A DNA stretch of 64,000 bases from a virus (Duplodnaviria > Caudoviricetes): positions 32,001-96,000 of the IMG/VR virus record IMGVR_UViG_3300049988_000245, one strand, 5' to 3'. A program made the position numbers and the translations under genes. The first letter of the stretch is position 1; every line of letters starts with the position of its first letter. Below are positions 36,268-45,306 of this stretch, one piece after another. The notes under the pieces are model-generated. The model saw only the letters and a program-made list of their open reading frames with translations, was not told the origin of the DNA and made no database searches.

Positions 36268-36687
36268 ATGTACCAGCTTAGCGCCGACTCTATCGGTAAA
36301 CTCAAGGGTGTTCACCCTGATCTTGTGAAAGTCGTCATGCTCGCGATCCAGAAGACCGACATAGACTTCAAGGTCGGCGAGGGTGTACGTACGCTCGCCC
36401 GTCAAAAGAAGCTTGTCGCCGAAGGCAAGTCGAAGACCCTGAACTCCCGCCACATCCCCGGCAAGGACGGGTACGCCAAGGCCGTGGACCTCTGGACGAT
36501 GCCGAACGGCACGGTCACCTGGGTCCAGGCTGATTACGTCAAGCTGTCCAAGCACGTTCTTGCGGCGGCCAAGGAACTCGGTGTAGCGATCCGCTGGGGC
36601 GGCGATTGGGATGGAGACGGAAACTGGCGCGAGGAAGCTTTCTTCGACGGCCCTCATTTCGAGTTACTGACTAAGGTTTACCCATAA
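36268..36687 (+). CDS. endolysin, M15-family L-Ala-D-Glu peptidase
   Basis: EGVRTLARQ, SRH, AVD, IRWGGDW, DGPHFEL. Confidence 0.88.
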   Translation: MYQLSADSIGKLKGVHPDLVKVVMLAIQKTDIDFKVGEGVRTLARQKKLVAEGKSKTLNSRHIPGKDGYAKAVDLWTMPNGTVTWVQADYVKLSKHVLAAAKELGVAIRWGGDWDGDGNWREEAFFDGPHFELLTKVYP

Positions 36688-37285
36688 TCCTTGAATCTTT
36701 AACAAGACGAATCGCTTCTCCTAGAATCTTCATCTCTTCACAGGTGAAGCGATTCCCCCTAGTAACGTTACAACTACGGCATGCCGGTACGACATTGTCC
36801 ACGGTGTGACCGCGATCATTATCGATCCGATCGCAGCCGACGAAGTCATCCTCCGATCCACAATAATAACAAGGCTTCCCATCGATATTTTGGTCAAACC
36901 AGATTACGTCGATATTGTTTTCAAAGCCTTTCAGCTTGTCACGCCTAACATAGCTTCGGACAAGGAATTTCGATCGATCGCGTTCGTATTGTGAATCACT
37001 GACGATCTTACCCTTTGCCGAGCGGGAATATCGAAGAGCCCGCGCCTTAAGTTTGGCATGCTGTTCCGGCGTTAGATTCTCAACCAGTTCCTTTGAACGA
37101 TCTCGACCCTTCTTCCTCTTGGAATGACATGCCAAGCATTCATACCCGACGCCGTACTTTCGCGAAGAGTCGGTAACGAAGAATTCTGGCGTCGCCGCCA
37201 TCTCTTGTTCGCACATATTGCAGATTCGGTTTCCCTCAGTCTTGCAGCGGCGGTGCGCCCGCTTTTTTTTGATTTCCATCCACAC
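36671..37285 (-). CDS. HNH homing endonuclease
   Basis: CYYCG...DRIDNDRGHTVDNVVPACRSCN. Confidence 0.85.
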   Translation of the reverse strand: MWMEIKKKRAHRRCKTEGNRICNMCEQEMAATPEFFVTDSSRKYGVGYECLACHSKRKKGRDRSKELVENLTPEQHAKLKARALRYSRSAKGKIVSDSQYERDRSKFLVRSYVRRDKLKGFENNIDVIWFDQNIDGKPCYYCGSEDDFVGCDRIDNDRGHTVDNVVPACRSCNVTRGNRFTCEEMKILGEAIRLVKDSRIMGKP

Positions 37286-37352
37286 ATTTTAATATCGACG
37301 GGACGTATTGTCGAAATGTAAATCCGGTCTATTGCCTAGACGGATTATTTTA

Positions 37353-37874
37353 ATGTCCTCGATTCCAGATTACGACCATATTTTGCGCGGTCTCTATGCG
37401 AATTTCTTCGACAGCAAGGAACTGTTCGTCCTATTTGCGACAACGACTGTCCGTGACACGATGAAGAATATTCTCGGTTACGAGAGTTCGGTCGCCGACC
37501 TTGAGGCGTGCGAGAAAGCCGTGTTCGGCGTGAGATTCGAGAAGAGCTTTATCAAGGTCGGGGGCTATCCCCGGAAGGTCCAGAAGAAGCGTAAGGGCAC
37601 GGACGACCTGTTCCTTGACACGGTGATCGGCGGACTTCCCCTGGACATCAAGACCACCTTGGGCGGCCAGACTTGGATGATTCCGCACGAATGCGTTGGT
37701 CACTGGTGCCTTTTGGTCAAAGTAGACTGGAAGGTCGAGCGGTTCTCGATCGGGATTCTTAAGGCTGATTCACGGATGCTTACGAAAGGTACGAATCAAG
37801 ACCTGAAGCACTCCGTATCGAAGGAGGGGCGAGAGAACATCCGGTGGATCGACGAGGGGGTGAGCTACGCCTGA
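37353..37874 (+). CDS. NaeI-like restriction endonuclease catalytic domain
   Basis: LDIKTT...WMIPHECVGHWCLLV...NQDLK...IRW pattern of the NaeI family; no C-terminal topo domain. Confidence 0.65.
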   Translation: MSSIPDYDHILRGLYANFFDSKELFVLFATTTVRDTMKNILGYESSVADLEACEKAVFGVRFEKSFIKVGGYPRKVQKKRKGTDDLFLDTVIGGLPLDIKTTLGGQTWMIPHECVGHWCLLVKVDWKVERFSIGILKADSRMLTKGTNQDLKHSVSKEGRENIRWIDEGVSYA

Positions 37875-38070
37875 CTAGGCGTTTCGTCGCGCAATCGAGC
37901 CGTTCGACGGAACGATTCAAATCGCCTCATTTTGCAGGGCGATTCGATCACTAAACCACTGAGAAATAATTACTTTTATGGCTACGCTTCGATTGCGCGA
38001 CGAATTGCCTACAGCCAGTCTAAATGGTTAACCAAGATCGAAAATCGATTGGGCGACAAATGACCTACAC
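37873..38070. repeat. second set of iteron-like repeats
   Basis: TAGG..wTTyGTCGCGCAATCG at 37876 (+), near 37990 (-) and near 38046 (-), upstream of the RepA-like gene. Confidence 0.65.
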
Positions 38071-38174
38071 GACTCCGAGGCTGCATTTCGGTTCCATGAT
38101 AAAAATTTTGGTCAACCAAATTTAGCCTTTGACATTAGGCCGATGACTCGGCATCCCAAAGGCGGGAGAAAAAC

Positions 38175-39320
38175 ATGTCGCAGGTCGTCCGCCTACCTCT
38201 GTCGAATGGCCACGTTGGTGCCCAGGCGTTCCAGCTTCCCTTCCTGAGGCCCGAGAGCGACACGTCCTCGAACAGCATCGGAATCTGGGACCTCACCCCG
38301 TGGCCGGTCCTCTACACGCCTTCGGCCAACCGGCTGGGCGGGAAGTTCTTGGACAGCATCACCCGGACGTTCGACGCGCGCGGGCATTCCTACACGCTCA
38401 CCCTTCGCCCGGCCCGGATCAAGTACCCAGACGGCACCGAGGCGGACGAGTTTCCGGGCGAGCGCGAGGCGCTAGTCGAGATGGCCGTGCGCAAGATCGC
38501 GGCACAGCGGCAGACCCTGGAGATCGAGCGGAACACCGTCTCGGTCACGATCGGCCTGTACGAACTGTTCAACGAGTTGAAGGCCACCGGCCATTCGATG
38601 CGGTACGTCCATATCGAGGAGGCTCTTCGCATCCTCAACGGGACCCAGGTGGAGATCAAGCGGACCGATATCGACGGCGATGGTGATCAGGTGGAGACGA
38701 TCCTGTCCTCGGCGATCTTCATCACGATGGTTCTGAAAAAGTACCGAAAGAAGGAAGATTCGAACGGCGCGTTCATCCAGTTCAACAGTCTGATCACGGA
38801 TGCGATTCGCGGCCTCGACTTCCACGAGATCAACTACGCCCTTCTGATGAAGATGCGCCCGGTCCCCCGGTGGGTGTACAAGCGGCTGCTGCACGAGATC
38901 ATGTTCGGGTCGAGCCCCGATCGACGCGAGCACGTCCTACGGGCGTCGTCGATCCTCGAATCCTCCGGCATGAACGGGTACAAGCGTCTGCGCGACGCGT
39001 TTGACAAGATCACCGGCTTCGTGACCGAGCTTCACCAGCAGGGTGGGGTGATCGACTCGTTCACGATCGAGAAGGAAGAGGTTGGGTCGGGCCGTGAGCG
39101 CAAGACCGCCGACATTCTTTACCGAATTCGGGTGACCGACGAATTCTATGCCCAGGCTGAATCTGCCATCCGTGGGCAGGTCCATCGGATCGAGGATTTC
39201 GAGGCCCTGACGCAGCGCAAGCCCTCCGAGGGCTGGGTGCCGGAGACGACCGCGCTTAAGGCGGGTCTGAAGAAGCGGGTTACGGCGCGGAAGAAGGCCG
39301 AACAACTCAACCTTATCTGA
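38175..39320 (+). CDS. plasmid-type replication initiator-like protein
   Basis: SNSIGIWD, LRPARI, FPGEREALVE, LYELFNELKATGH pattern recalled from plasmid Rep-like proteins; iterons upstream. Confidence 0.55.
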   Translation: MSQVVRLPLSNGHVGAQAFQLPFLRPESDTSSNSIGIWDLTPWPVLYTPSANRLGGKFLDSITRTFDARGHSYTLTLRPARIKYPDGTEADEFPGEREALVEMAVRKIAAQRQTLEIERNTVSVTIGLYELFNELKATGHSMRYVHIEEALRILNGTQVEIKRTDIDGDGDQVETILSSAIFITMVLKKYRKKEDSNGAFIQFNSLITDAIRGLDFHEINYALLMKMRPVPRWVYKRLLHEIMFGSSPDRREHVLRASSILESSGMNGYKRLRDAFDKITGFVTELHQQGGVIDSFTIEKEEVGSGRERKTADILYRIRVTDEFYAQAESAIRGQVHRIEDFEALTQRKPSEGWVPETTALKAGLKKRVTARKKAEQLNLI

Positions 39321-39321
39321 C

Positions 39322-39349
39322 TTGCATTCCTGCGGTTTTGATGTACATT
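39322..39349 (+). promoter_or_regulatory. phage early-type promoter
   Basis: TTGCAT-N16-TACATT-GATGACATCAG. Confidence 0.6.
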
Positions 39350-39373
39350 GATGACATCAGCCGGGGGATTCGC

Positions 39374-39781
39374 ATGGACGTTGCCAACCTGATCGACCGA
39401 GCCGGTCTCGACGAGTACGATCGGGATATTGGCACTGCTGGTCTGTGTGGCGTATTCGCGCTGGCCCTTTACCGGGAACTTCTCCGCCGGGGCGTCTCGT
39501 CGCAGATCGTGTTTCTGTCGCTAGGCGACTGCGGTGACGTTCGCGACCTTGAATGGCGCCACGTTATGATCCGGATCGAGGATCGCTACTACGACGTGGA
39601 TGGCGAAGTCCTGCTCGAACATGCAATCGAGAATTACTGCTGGGGAAATCCGCATCGGAAGACCGCCACAGCGGTGCCCGTGACCTTCAAACAGGCCACG
39701 GACATCCTTCGTGAGTTGCGTCCGTCCGCATACGACCACCGTTACCGGATGATCTGGGGCCGGAAGCTCCGGGCCGCCTAA
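39374..39781 (+). CDS. hypothetical protein
   Basis: AGLCGVFA...HV...YYDVDG, a possible papain-like Cys-His-Asp set. Confidence 0.5.
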   Translation: MDVANLIDRAGLDEYDRDIGTAGLCGVFALALYRELLRRGVSSQIVFLSLGDCGDVRDLEWRHVMIRIEDRYYDVDGEVLLEHAIENYCWGNPHRKTATAVPVTFKQATDILRELRPSAYDHRYRMIWGRKLRAA

Positions 39782-40567
39782 CTACTTCCAGGCCGTCACG
39801 GGGAGACGACGCTTCCAGCCCTGGCCGGGTTTTAGGATGATCGCCGCGACCTCGCGAGGCATCTCGCGGGCATCCTTGAGGTACCTCGGGTAGTTCCAGG
39901 CATTGTAGAGGATTCTCGGTTCCGGATGACGGGCGCGAGACCTCGGAAGTCGATGAATCAGTCGATCGAGGCTTGCGGTCTGCACCGGGGCATGAACGGG
40001 CTCGGGCATCGGCGGAGGTGTGAACTCGAATGCCGCCTGGGCGCGCAAACGAGTGCCCGTGGACTGGCGCGACGATGGCGGGCGGACCAGACGTGGTTCG
40101 CGGACCGGACGGGCCTCACGGGGCTTCCTGGCGCGACTCTGGCGGCGCTCCTCTTCCTCGCGCAGGCGCTGTTCCACCGGATCGACCCAGGTAACGCTCT
40201 GGAGAATTCGGCGCGGCGCTTCGGCGACGGGTTCCGGCTGAGATTCCGGCTTGGCCTCGACCTTTCGCATGGGCGGGAAGATGTCGAGGGAATCGATCGG
40301 TAGGGCTTCCGGCTCGGACTGCTTCTGGAACAGCTTCTCCGCATCGTCGCGGTACCGATTGGAGGAGAAGCTGGGCTCAAATAGCCTACGTTCGGCTTCT
40401 TGGACTGCATCGTACGAGTCGGCATGGATGTCGCGGGCTGGCACGTCATCGAGCGAGGGTTCGTCGATCATCGGGCCGTGATCGTCGTTACCTGCAAAAG
40501 CGGGTCGCGCGGTGGACCGACGTGCAGTGCGCCTCTCCACTTTGAAGTTGGGAGGGGGGCGTCTCAT
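39782..40567 (-). CDS. Pro/Arg-rich hypothetical protein
   Basis: GAGG RBS before MRRPPP; TAG stop. Confidence 0.4.
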   Translation of the reverse strand: MRRPPPNFKVERRTARRSTARPAFAGNDDHGPMIDEPSLDDVPARDIHADSYDAVQEAERRLFEPSFSSNRYRDDAEKLFQKQSEPEALPIDSLDIFPPMRKVEAKPESQPEPVAEAPRRILQSVTWVDPVEQRLREEEERRQSRARKPREARPVREPRLVRPPSSRQSTGTRLRAQAAFEFTPPPMPEPVHAPVQTASLDRLIHRLPRSRARHPEPRILYNAWNYPRYLKDAREMPREVAAIILKPGQGWKRRLPVTAWK

Positions 40568-40667
40568 ATGACCTCGTGAAGGGTTAACTTTGCTGACCGC
40601 TCCTGGCGGTAGATCAGCATATAAGACGCCTTTCTGGTTCTGTGAAGAGGCTTCTCGGAATGCCTGT

Positions 40668-41237
40668 TTACAACCACTTGATAATTGGTTGATCCAAATT
40701 TCCTGTTTCCCAAACGAACCATGCGAAAGCCAACATGCTGGACGATTTCGGCTTGTTCTCGCCATCGCGGTTCATTTTTAACCTGTACGTAAACACGTAA
40801 ACGGTTTTGGGAGGGAATTTTTCGAAGAACGCCTTTCGCTTCTTCCCTTCTAAGAACTGGAGCTTCAGCAGCATCGCCACCTTACCATCAGCCTGCGCGA
40901 GCGAATGCCGGACGAAACGCTCGGCATACTTGTAAGGAGGATTGGTGATGATGTGGTTGACCCGTCGAGACTCGTTGAAGAAGTCGAGCCCGCCTTGGCC
41001 GTATCCTCGGTCGATTAGGTCGGTCGCCAGAACGATGTGCCCGGTTTCTTCCAGAACCTTGCAGATCGCTCCATCACCACACGCTGGCTCCCACACAAGA
41101 CCTGGGAATTCCTCGACCGCGAGCAGCGCTTCCACGGCGTTCCGGGGCGTGGGGTAGAAGTCGTTCTCGGGGCGGCCTTTGGATGTGCCGGAAATGCTCT
41201 GCGCGCGACGCAGACGGATCGCTGAAGTGTCTTCCAT
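40668..41237 (-). CDS. DNA amino-methyltransferase (small phage type)
   Basis: DFYPTP, EPACGDG, ITNPPY. Confidence 0.85.
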   Translation of the reverse strand: MEDTSAIRLRRAQSISGTSKGRPENDFYPTPRNAVEALLAVEEFPGLVWEPACGDGAICKVLEETGHIVLATDLIDRGYGQGGLDFFNESRRVNHIITNPPYKYAERFVRHSLAQADGKVAMLLKLQFLEGKKRKAFFEKFPPKTVYVFTYRLKMNRDGENKPKSSSMLAFAWFVWETGNLDQPIIKWL

Positions 41238-41321
41238 TATAGCGGTATTTATTCCACCGCCTCAGGAGCAACCGATTATTAACCATTTTTCGGTAGACCA
41301 ATTTTCGTTCGACCATACCGC

Positions 41322-41349
41322 TTGACGTTCTCTCAAAACCGCGTATATT
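41322..41349 (+). promoter_or_regulatory. phage early-type promoter
   Basis: TTGACG-N16-TATATT; TTAACCAT at 41279. Confidence 0.65.
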
Positions 41350-41399
41350 CAACTCATCAGCCGCATAGAGACGGCGCCAACACAGGAACGGATCACACC

Positions 41400-42329
41400 A
41401 TGAACACCGCTTTCACCGCCACCTCCGAGATCGCTCTCTCCCTCGCCGCTTCCGCTGCTGAGCGCGCCGCCCAGGCCACCCAGAAGGGCATCAAGGGGAT
41501 CATGACCGGCCGGTCGGACACCTTCCGGGTCAACCCGTTCGACATCGATGTGGTCGCTGGTTTCAACCTTCGCGGCTTCGACTCCGAGGAGGTTCAGGCC
41601 GACCTCGTCCACCTCGCTCAGGACATCAAGACCCGTGGCGTCCAGCAGAGCCTGAAGGTTCGTCTCGACAGCCGTGACAACCGCCTGAAGCTGGTCGATG
41701 GCGAGCGTCGTCTCCGGGCCACCATCTACGCGATCAACTTCCTCGACGCCTCCGACATCACCGAGGTCCCGGTCGTGCTGGTTCGCGGCAAGTCGGACGC
41801 CGACCTGATCGCCGAGCAGTTCGCCTCGAACACCGACGATCTGCGCAAGGACTTCAACGAGGTCGAGCAGGCCAACGGCATCCAGCGTCTGATCGGCTTC
41901 GGCTGGGATGACACGAAGATCGCCGCCCAGACCGGCCTCAAGATGGCCCGTGTGAAGCGTCTCGTGGCGATCCTCGAACTCCCCACGGTGGTGTCCGATC
42001 TGGTTCGTGCGGACAAGGTCTCGGCCACCTACGCCCTGGAGGTGGTGAAGAACTCGGCCAACACCGAGGCTGCTGTCGAGACCCTGGAGAAGGGCCTTGC
42101 GGTTGCTGCGGAGAAGGGCGGCACCAAGGTGATGCGCAAGCACGTCACCCGCGCCGAGACCCCGGCTCTCCCCGGCAAGGCGTCCCCCCGCACGGTCCTC
42201 AAGAGCGTTGCGGAGGACTTCAAGACGGGTGAGGAAGTCGAGTCCACCAACGATGGTGTGACCACGGTGGCCTTCCACTTCACCCCCGAGGTCGCGGCCC
42301 GGATCAAGGCGGCCCTCGCCGGTCTCTGA
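41400..42329 (+). CDS. ParB/Spo0J-like protein
   Basis: LVDGERRLRA ParB box, E.E.A, HTH region. Confidence 0.8.
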   Translation: MNTAFTATSEIALSLAASAAERAAQATQKGIKGIMTGRSDTFRVNPFDIDVVAGFNLRGFDSEEVQADLVHLAQDIKTRGVQQSLKVRLDSRDNRLKLVDGERRLRATIYAINFLDASDITEVPVVLVRGKSDADLIAEQFASNTDDLRKDFNEVEQANGIQRLIGFGWDDTKIAAQTGLKMARVKRLVAILELPTVVSDLVRADKVSATYALEVVKNSANTEAAVETLEKGLAVAAEKGGTKVMRKHVTRAETPALPGKASPRTVLKSVAEDFKTGEEVESTNDGVTTVAFHFTPEVAARIKAALAGL

Positions 42330-42344
42330 TACGAGACCTTGGCG

Positions 42345-42375
42345 AACACCCCCGGCAATCGTGCCGGGGGTTACT
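42345..42375 (+). terminator. intrinsic terminator
   Basis: CCCCCGGCA/TGCCGGGGG stem. Confidence 0.6.
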
Positions 42376-42499
42376 CTGTTGAAAGGGGACCTGTGATGAC
42401 GAAGAGCGATTTCATGTGGGAGTTCGGTCCTGCCCTGTATGGAAGCACCCTGGGTCTCGCTGTCGGTTCGATCCTGCTCGCCGGGTTTTATTTCTTCCC

Positions 42500-42760
42500 A
42501 TGAAGTGGGTCCAGACCGACTTGAAGCGGAACTCCGATCGGTGGGTTGCGCGGTTCAAGCTACCACTCCCGCACGGTCAGCGGGGGCTGGACTACACTTT
42601 TGCTTCTCTGTTTGCTCGCAGGTCACAAGCATGGTGTCTGGAGAATTTTGGCAAGCCCCATGCGAGCCATTCGACGAAGTATCGGTGGCACATGGACGGG
42701 TGGACGGCTCACTTCCGGCATGAGGACGATGCCTTCGCGTTCAAGATGCGGTGGTGCTGA
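42500..42760 (+). CDS. small-domain paralog family member
   Basis: SQAWCLENFG...AHFRHEDDAFAFKMRWC. Confidence 0.7.
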   Translation: MKWVQTDLKRNSDRWVARFKLPLPHGQRGLDYTFASLFARRSQAWCLENFGKPHASHSTKYRWHMDGWTAHFRHEDDAFAFKMRWC

Positions 42761-42794
42761 GGTGGTGTGGATCATTCGAGACGGAGGAACCAAG

Positions 42795-43094
42795 ATGGCT
42801 CGGTACTACCAGTACACCGACATCGTCGTCCCCGGCGTGCGCCGATTGATCGAGACCGACTTCACCGTGTTCCTGATGAAGGATTGCGATGACACCGTGA
42901 TGGGCGATCTCGAAGTGGTCGAGTGGGCCGCCACCCAAGGGGCACCAATCCACGTGGATAACCATTTCTGGAACCACCCGGTACGCCTCGGCAAGGACCA
43001 TAATCATGCGGCGATCGTCGATGCGTTCGACTCAGCCGTTCTCATGATCCGCGACCCCGATCTGGCCATGGCGTTCAAGCTGAAATTCTGTTGA
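42795..43094 (+). CDS. small-domain paralog family member
   Basis: VVEWAATQG...MIRDPDLAMAFKLKFC. Confidence 0.65.
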   Translation: MARYYQYTDIVVPGVRRLIETDFTVFLMKDCDDTVMGDLEVVEWAATQGAPIHVDNHFWNHPVRLGKDHNHAAIVDAFDSAVLMIRDPDLAMAFKLKFC

Positions 43095-43161
43095 GCTTGA
43101 CGCGACCGGGCGATCCGTGTTCGAGAGTTTCGTCGGGCGCTAGTGCCCTGGGGAGCCAGTC

Positions 43162-43377
43162 ATGGTGATGGACAACGACCCGGACGAGAAGCTGATCGGG
43201 CATTTCACGTCGCGATCTTATCATTTGCATCTGTTGCGTGTGAGTACGGGGTACCGGATGGACTCGTTCGATAAGGATGATGTCTCTGGTACGATTTCGC
43301 AGGCACATTATTCCGATCTGCAAAACGCTCAGGTGGCATTCTGTATGAAGCTGCAAGAACTGCTCGCCACGGCTTAA
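43162..43377 (+). CDS. hypothetical protein
   Basis: GGGAG RBS; 71 aa. Confidence 0.4.
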   Translation: MVMDNDPDEKLIGHFTSRSYHLHLLRVSTGYRMDSFDKDDVSGTISQAHYSDLQNAQVAFCMKLQELLATA

Positions 43378-43485
43378 CCATTCTCACGAATTCGGCTTGC
43401 ATTCTTTTCGTTTTAAATCACATTGAGGAACCCGCCAGCTAACCACTGGCTAGTCGGATCACGCTGACCGACGAAGTGAAGCCGA

Positions 43486-43950
43486 TTGGTCTCGGCAAAC
43501 TCAGGCGCCGGTCCCCGGAGGGGACGCGATGGTGGTAGCGAAAGGATGGATAGCGTGGAGCCGAAAGCTAGGAAGCGCCCCGTCCCCACCAAGTATTTCA
43601 CTGAACTGGACGGTGGAATTCCGAAGCAATTCGTCCTCCCCATGACGATCAGGCAGAGGCGCCGAATCATGGGGGATTTTGCTGATTCTCAGAGCTTTAA
43701 TCAGCACTGTTGTGACCTCGAAGAGTGGGGCCGCGAGAACCAGATCGAGTTTCAGTTCGGTCTCCTCTACGACGTTCGTGAACGCTATTCTGCGGAGTAC
43801 GATCGCGTCATGACGGCGAACGATATTCCCGACCACGATCGAGAACGAATCCTCAAGGGCCTTCAGGACCGCGAGGAGTACCTGTTCAACGCGTTCTTCT
43901 TCGATAACCGTACCCACGCGTTCATGTTCAAGCTTCGCTGGTTCGGTTGA
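43486..43950 (+). CDS. small-domain paralog family member
   Basis: LEEWGRENQ...FFFDNRTHAFMFKLRWFG. Confidence 0.65.
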   Translation: MVSANSGAGPRRGRDGGSERMDSVEPKARKRPVPTKYFTELDGGIPKQFVLPMTIRQRRRIMGDFADSQSFNQHCCDLEEWGRENQIEFQFGLLYDVRERYSAEYDRVMTANDIPDHDRERILKGLQDREEYLFNAFFFDNRTHAFMFKLRWFG

Positions 43951-43974
43951 CATCCTACTGAATCCACGTATATT
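43947..43974 (+). promoter_or_regulatory. phage early-type promoter
   Basis: TTGACA-N16-TATATT-AGGGGAATCAGCA. Confidence 0.7.
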
Positions 43975-43997
43975 AGGGGAATCAGCAGGAGAGATTC

Positions 43998-44264
43998 ATG
44001 GCCGCGCTCAAGATCGAGATCAACCCGGATATGGACTCGGTTCGGCGCCGCGCCGCGAAGTCGAACAACGACTGGCTGGTCTGGCGCAACCGCGACGGCG
44101 CCACCTGCGCGGCCCGCCGGTCGCTTCCCGCGATCAAGCAGGCGATGCTGGACTGCGGCACCGGCCGGAAGTTCACCATGTACTGTGCCCGGTCGGTCAT
44201 GCCGATGCTGATCGACTGGCGCCTCGGTCTGATCCTCCGGAACAACACCCGTCGCGGGTACTGA
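43998..44264 (+). CDS. hypothetical early protein
   Basis: AGGAG RBS after the promoter. Confidence 0.55.
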   Translation: MAALKIEINPDMDSVRRRAAKSNNDWLVWRNRDGATCAARRSLPAIKQAMLDCGTGRKFTMYCARSVMPMLIDWRLGLILRNNTRRGY

Positions 44265-44521
44265 TGAGCGAACGGACCTTCCTTCCGGCTGGGGAATCGT
44301 ACCTCACCAGCGTACTTTATCGGGCTCCCGTGGATATGGGCAGTCTGTCCCCGGATTGTAGTGCGATTATAGACTGGCTCGAAGAGGACGGCTTTGAAGG
44401 ATACTACTTCCTAGATAGTCACTCCTCGTACAATACGATTGGCAAACGCGTCTACGTAGATGTCAGCGTACTATTCAGTAACCCCGCTGCGGCATTCAAT
44501 TTCCGCATGAGATGGACTTGA
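44264..44521 (+). CDS. small-domain paralog family member
   Basis: IIDWLEEDG...VLFSNPAAAFNFRMRWT. Confidence 0.7.
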   Translation: MSERTFLPAGESYLTSVLYRAPVDMGSLSPDCSAIIDWLEEDGFEGYYFLDSHSSYNTIGKRVYVDVSVLFSNPAAAFNFRMRWT

Positions 44522-44536
44522 AATCAGGAGATACCC

Positions 44537-45232
44537 ATGGGTGGTTCGATCAAAATCGTGACGCGGTTCTCCAACGGTGAGGTGCAGGGCGACGTTCGCC
44601 ACACCAACAACTTCCCGTTCTGGATTCGCCACCCCCGGTTCATCGAAGGGGACGAGGCGTTCTTCCGCAAGTACGTGGAGATGCCCTCCGAGTACAAGGA
44701 AGGCGACGCCACACTGGCTCCGGACGAGTACGGAGTCGTCGTGATCGACTTCAAGTATCGCACTGTCCACGTGTGCAACAACTACTCTCACCTCGTCAGA
44801 ATTTCGGTTTTCGAACGCGTTCACATGCAGAACAACCAGTTCGGCATCGGCGAGTCCGAGCAGGACGACGAGGCGACGTTCCGTGAGATGCTGGAGAAGG
44901 GTTATCTTTGCTTGGTCGAGCAGAACAGCCTGGGTGATCGACGGGAGATTGAACTCTCCGACGTGACCATGGAAAACTGGAACAACAAGATCGATGCGAA
45001 GTACGGGTTCCAGGCCACCATGAATTCCGACACGAGCTACTCCATCGGAATCAAATACCCCGGCTGGACGATCAAGCAGTACCGGGCGGACGATATCGCG
45101 TCGCACGACGAGCTTCGTCAGAATCTCCGCAACGCGGGCTTCACGATCACTGAAGCGGACGAGCGCAAGTACGTGGCTTGGCGGGACGAGCAGATCGCCA
45201 TGCTGGCGGAGGACGAAGCTCCCCAGGTTTAA
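44537..45232 (+). CDS. hypothetical protein
   Basis: AGGAG RBS; 231 aa. Confidence 0.55.
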   Translation: MGGSIKIVTRFSNGEVQGDVRHTNNFPFWIRHPRFIEGDEAFFRKYVEMPSEYKEGDATLAPDEYGVVVIDFKYRTVHVCNNYSHLVRISVFERVHMQNNQFGIGESEQDDEATFREMLEKGYLCLVEQNSLGDRREIELSDVTMENWNNKIDAKYGFQATMNSDTSYSIGIKYPGWTIKQYRADDIASHDELRQNLRNAGFTITEADERKYVAWRDEQIAMLAEDEAPQV

Positions 45233-45306
45233 CCACGATGCGTTATGCTCATTTCGCGAAATGGGCATAACTGGTATTTTGCGCCATCCATATTGAAGGG
45301 TATACG

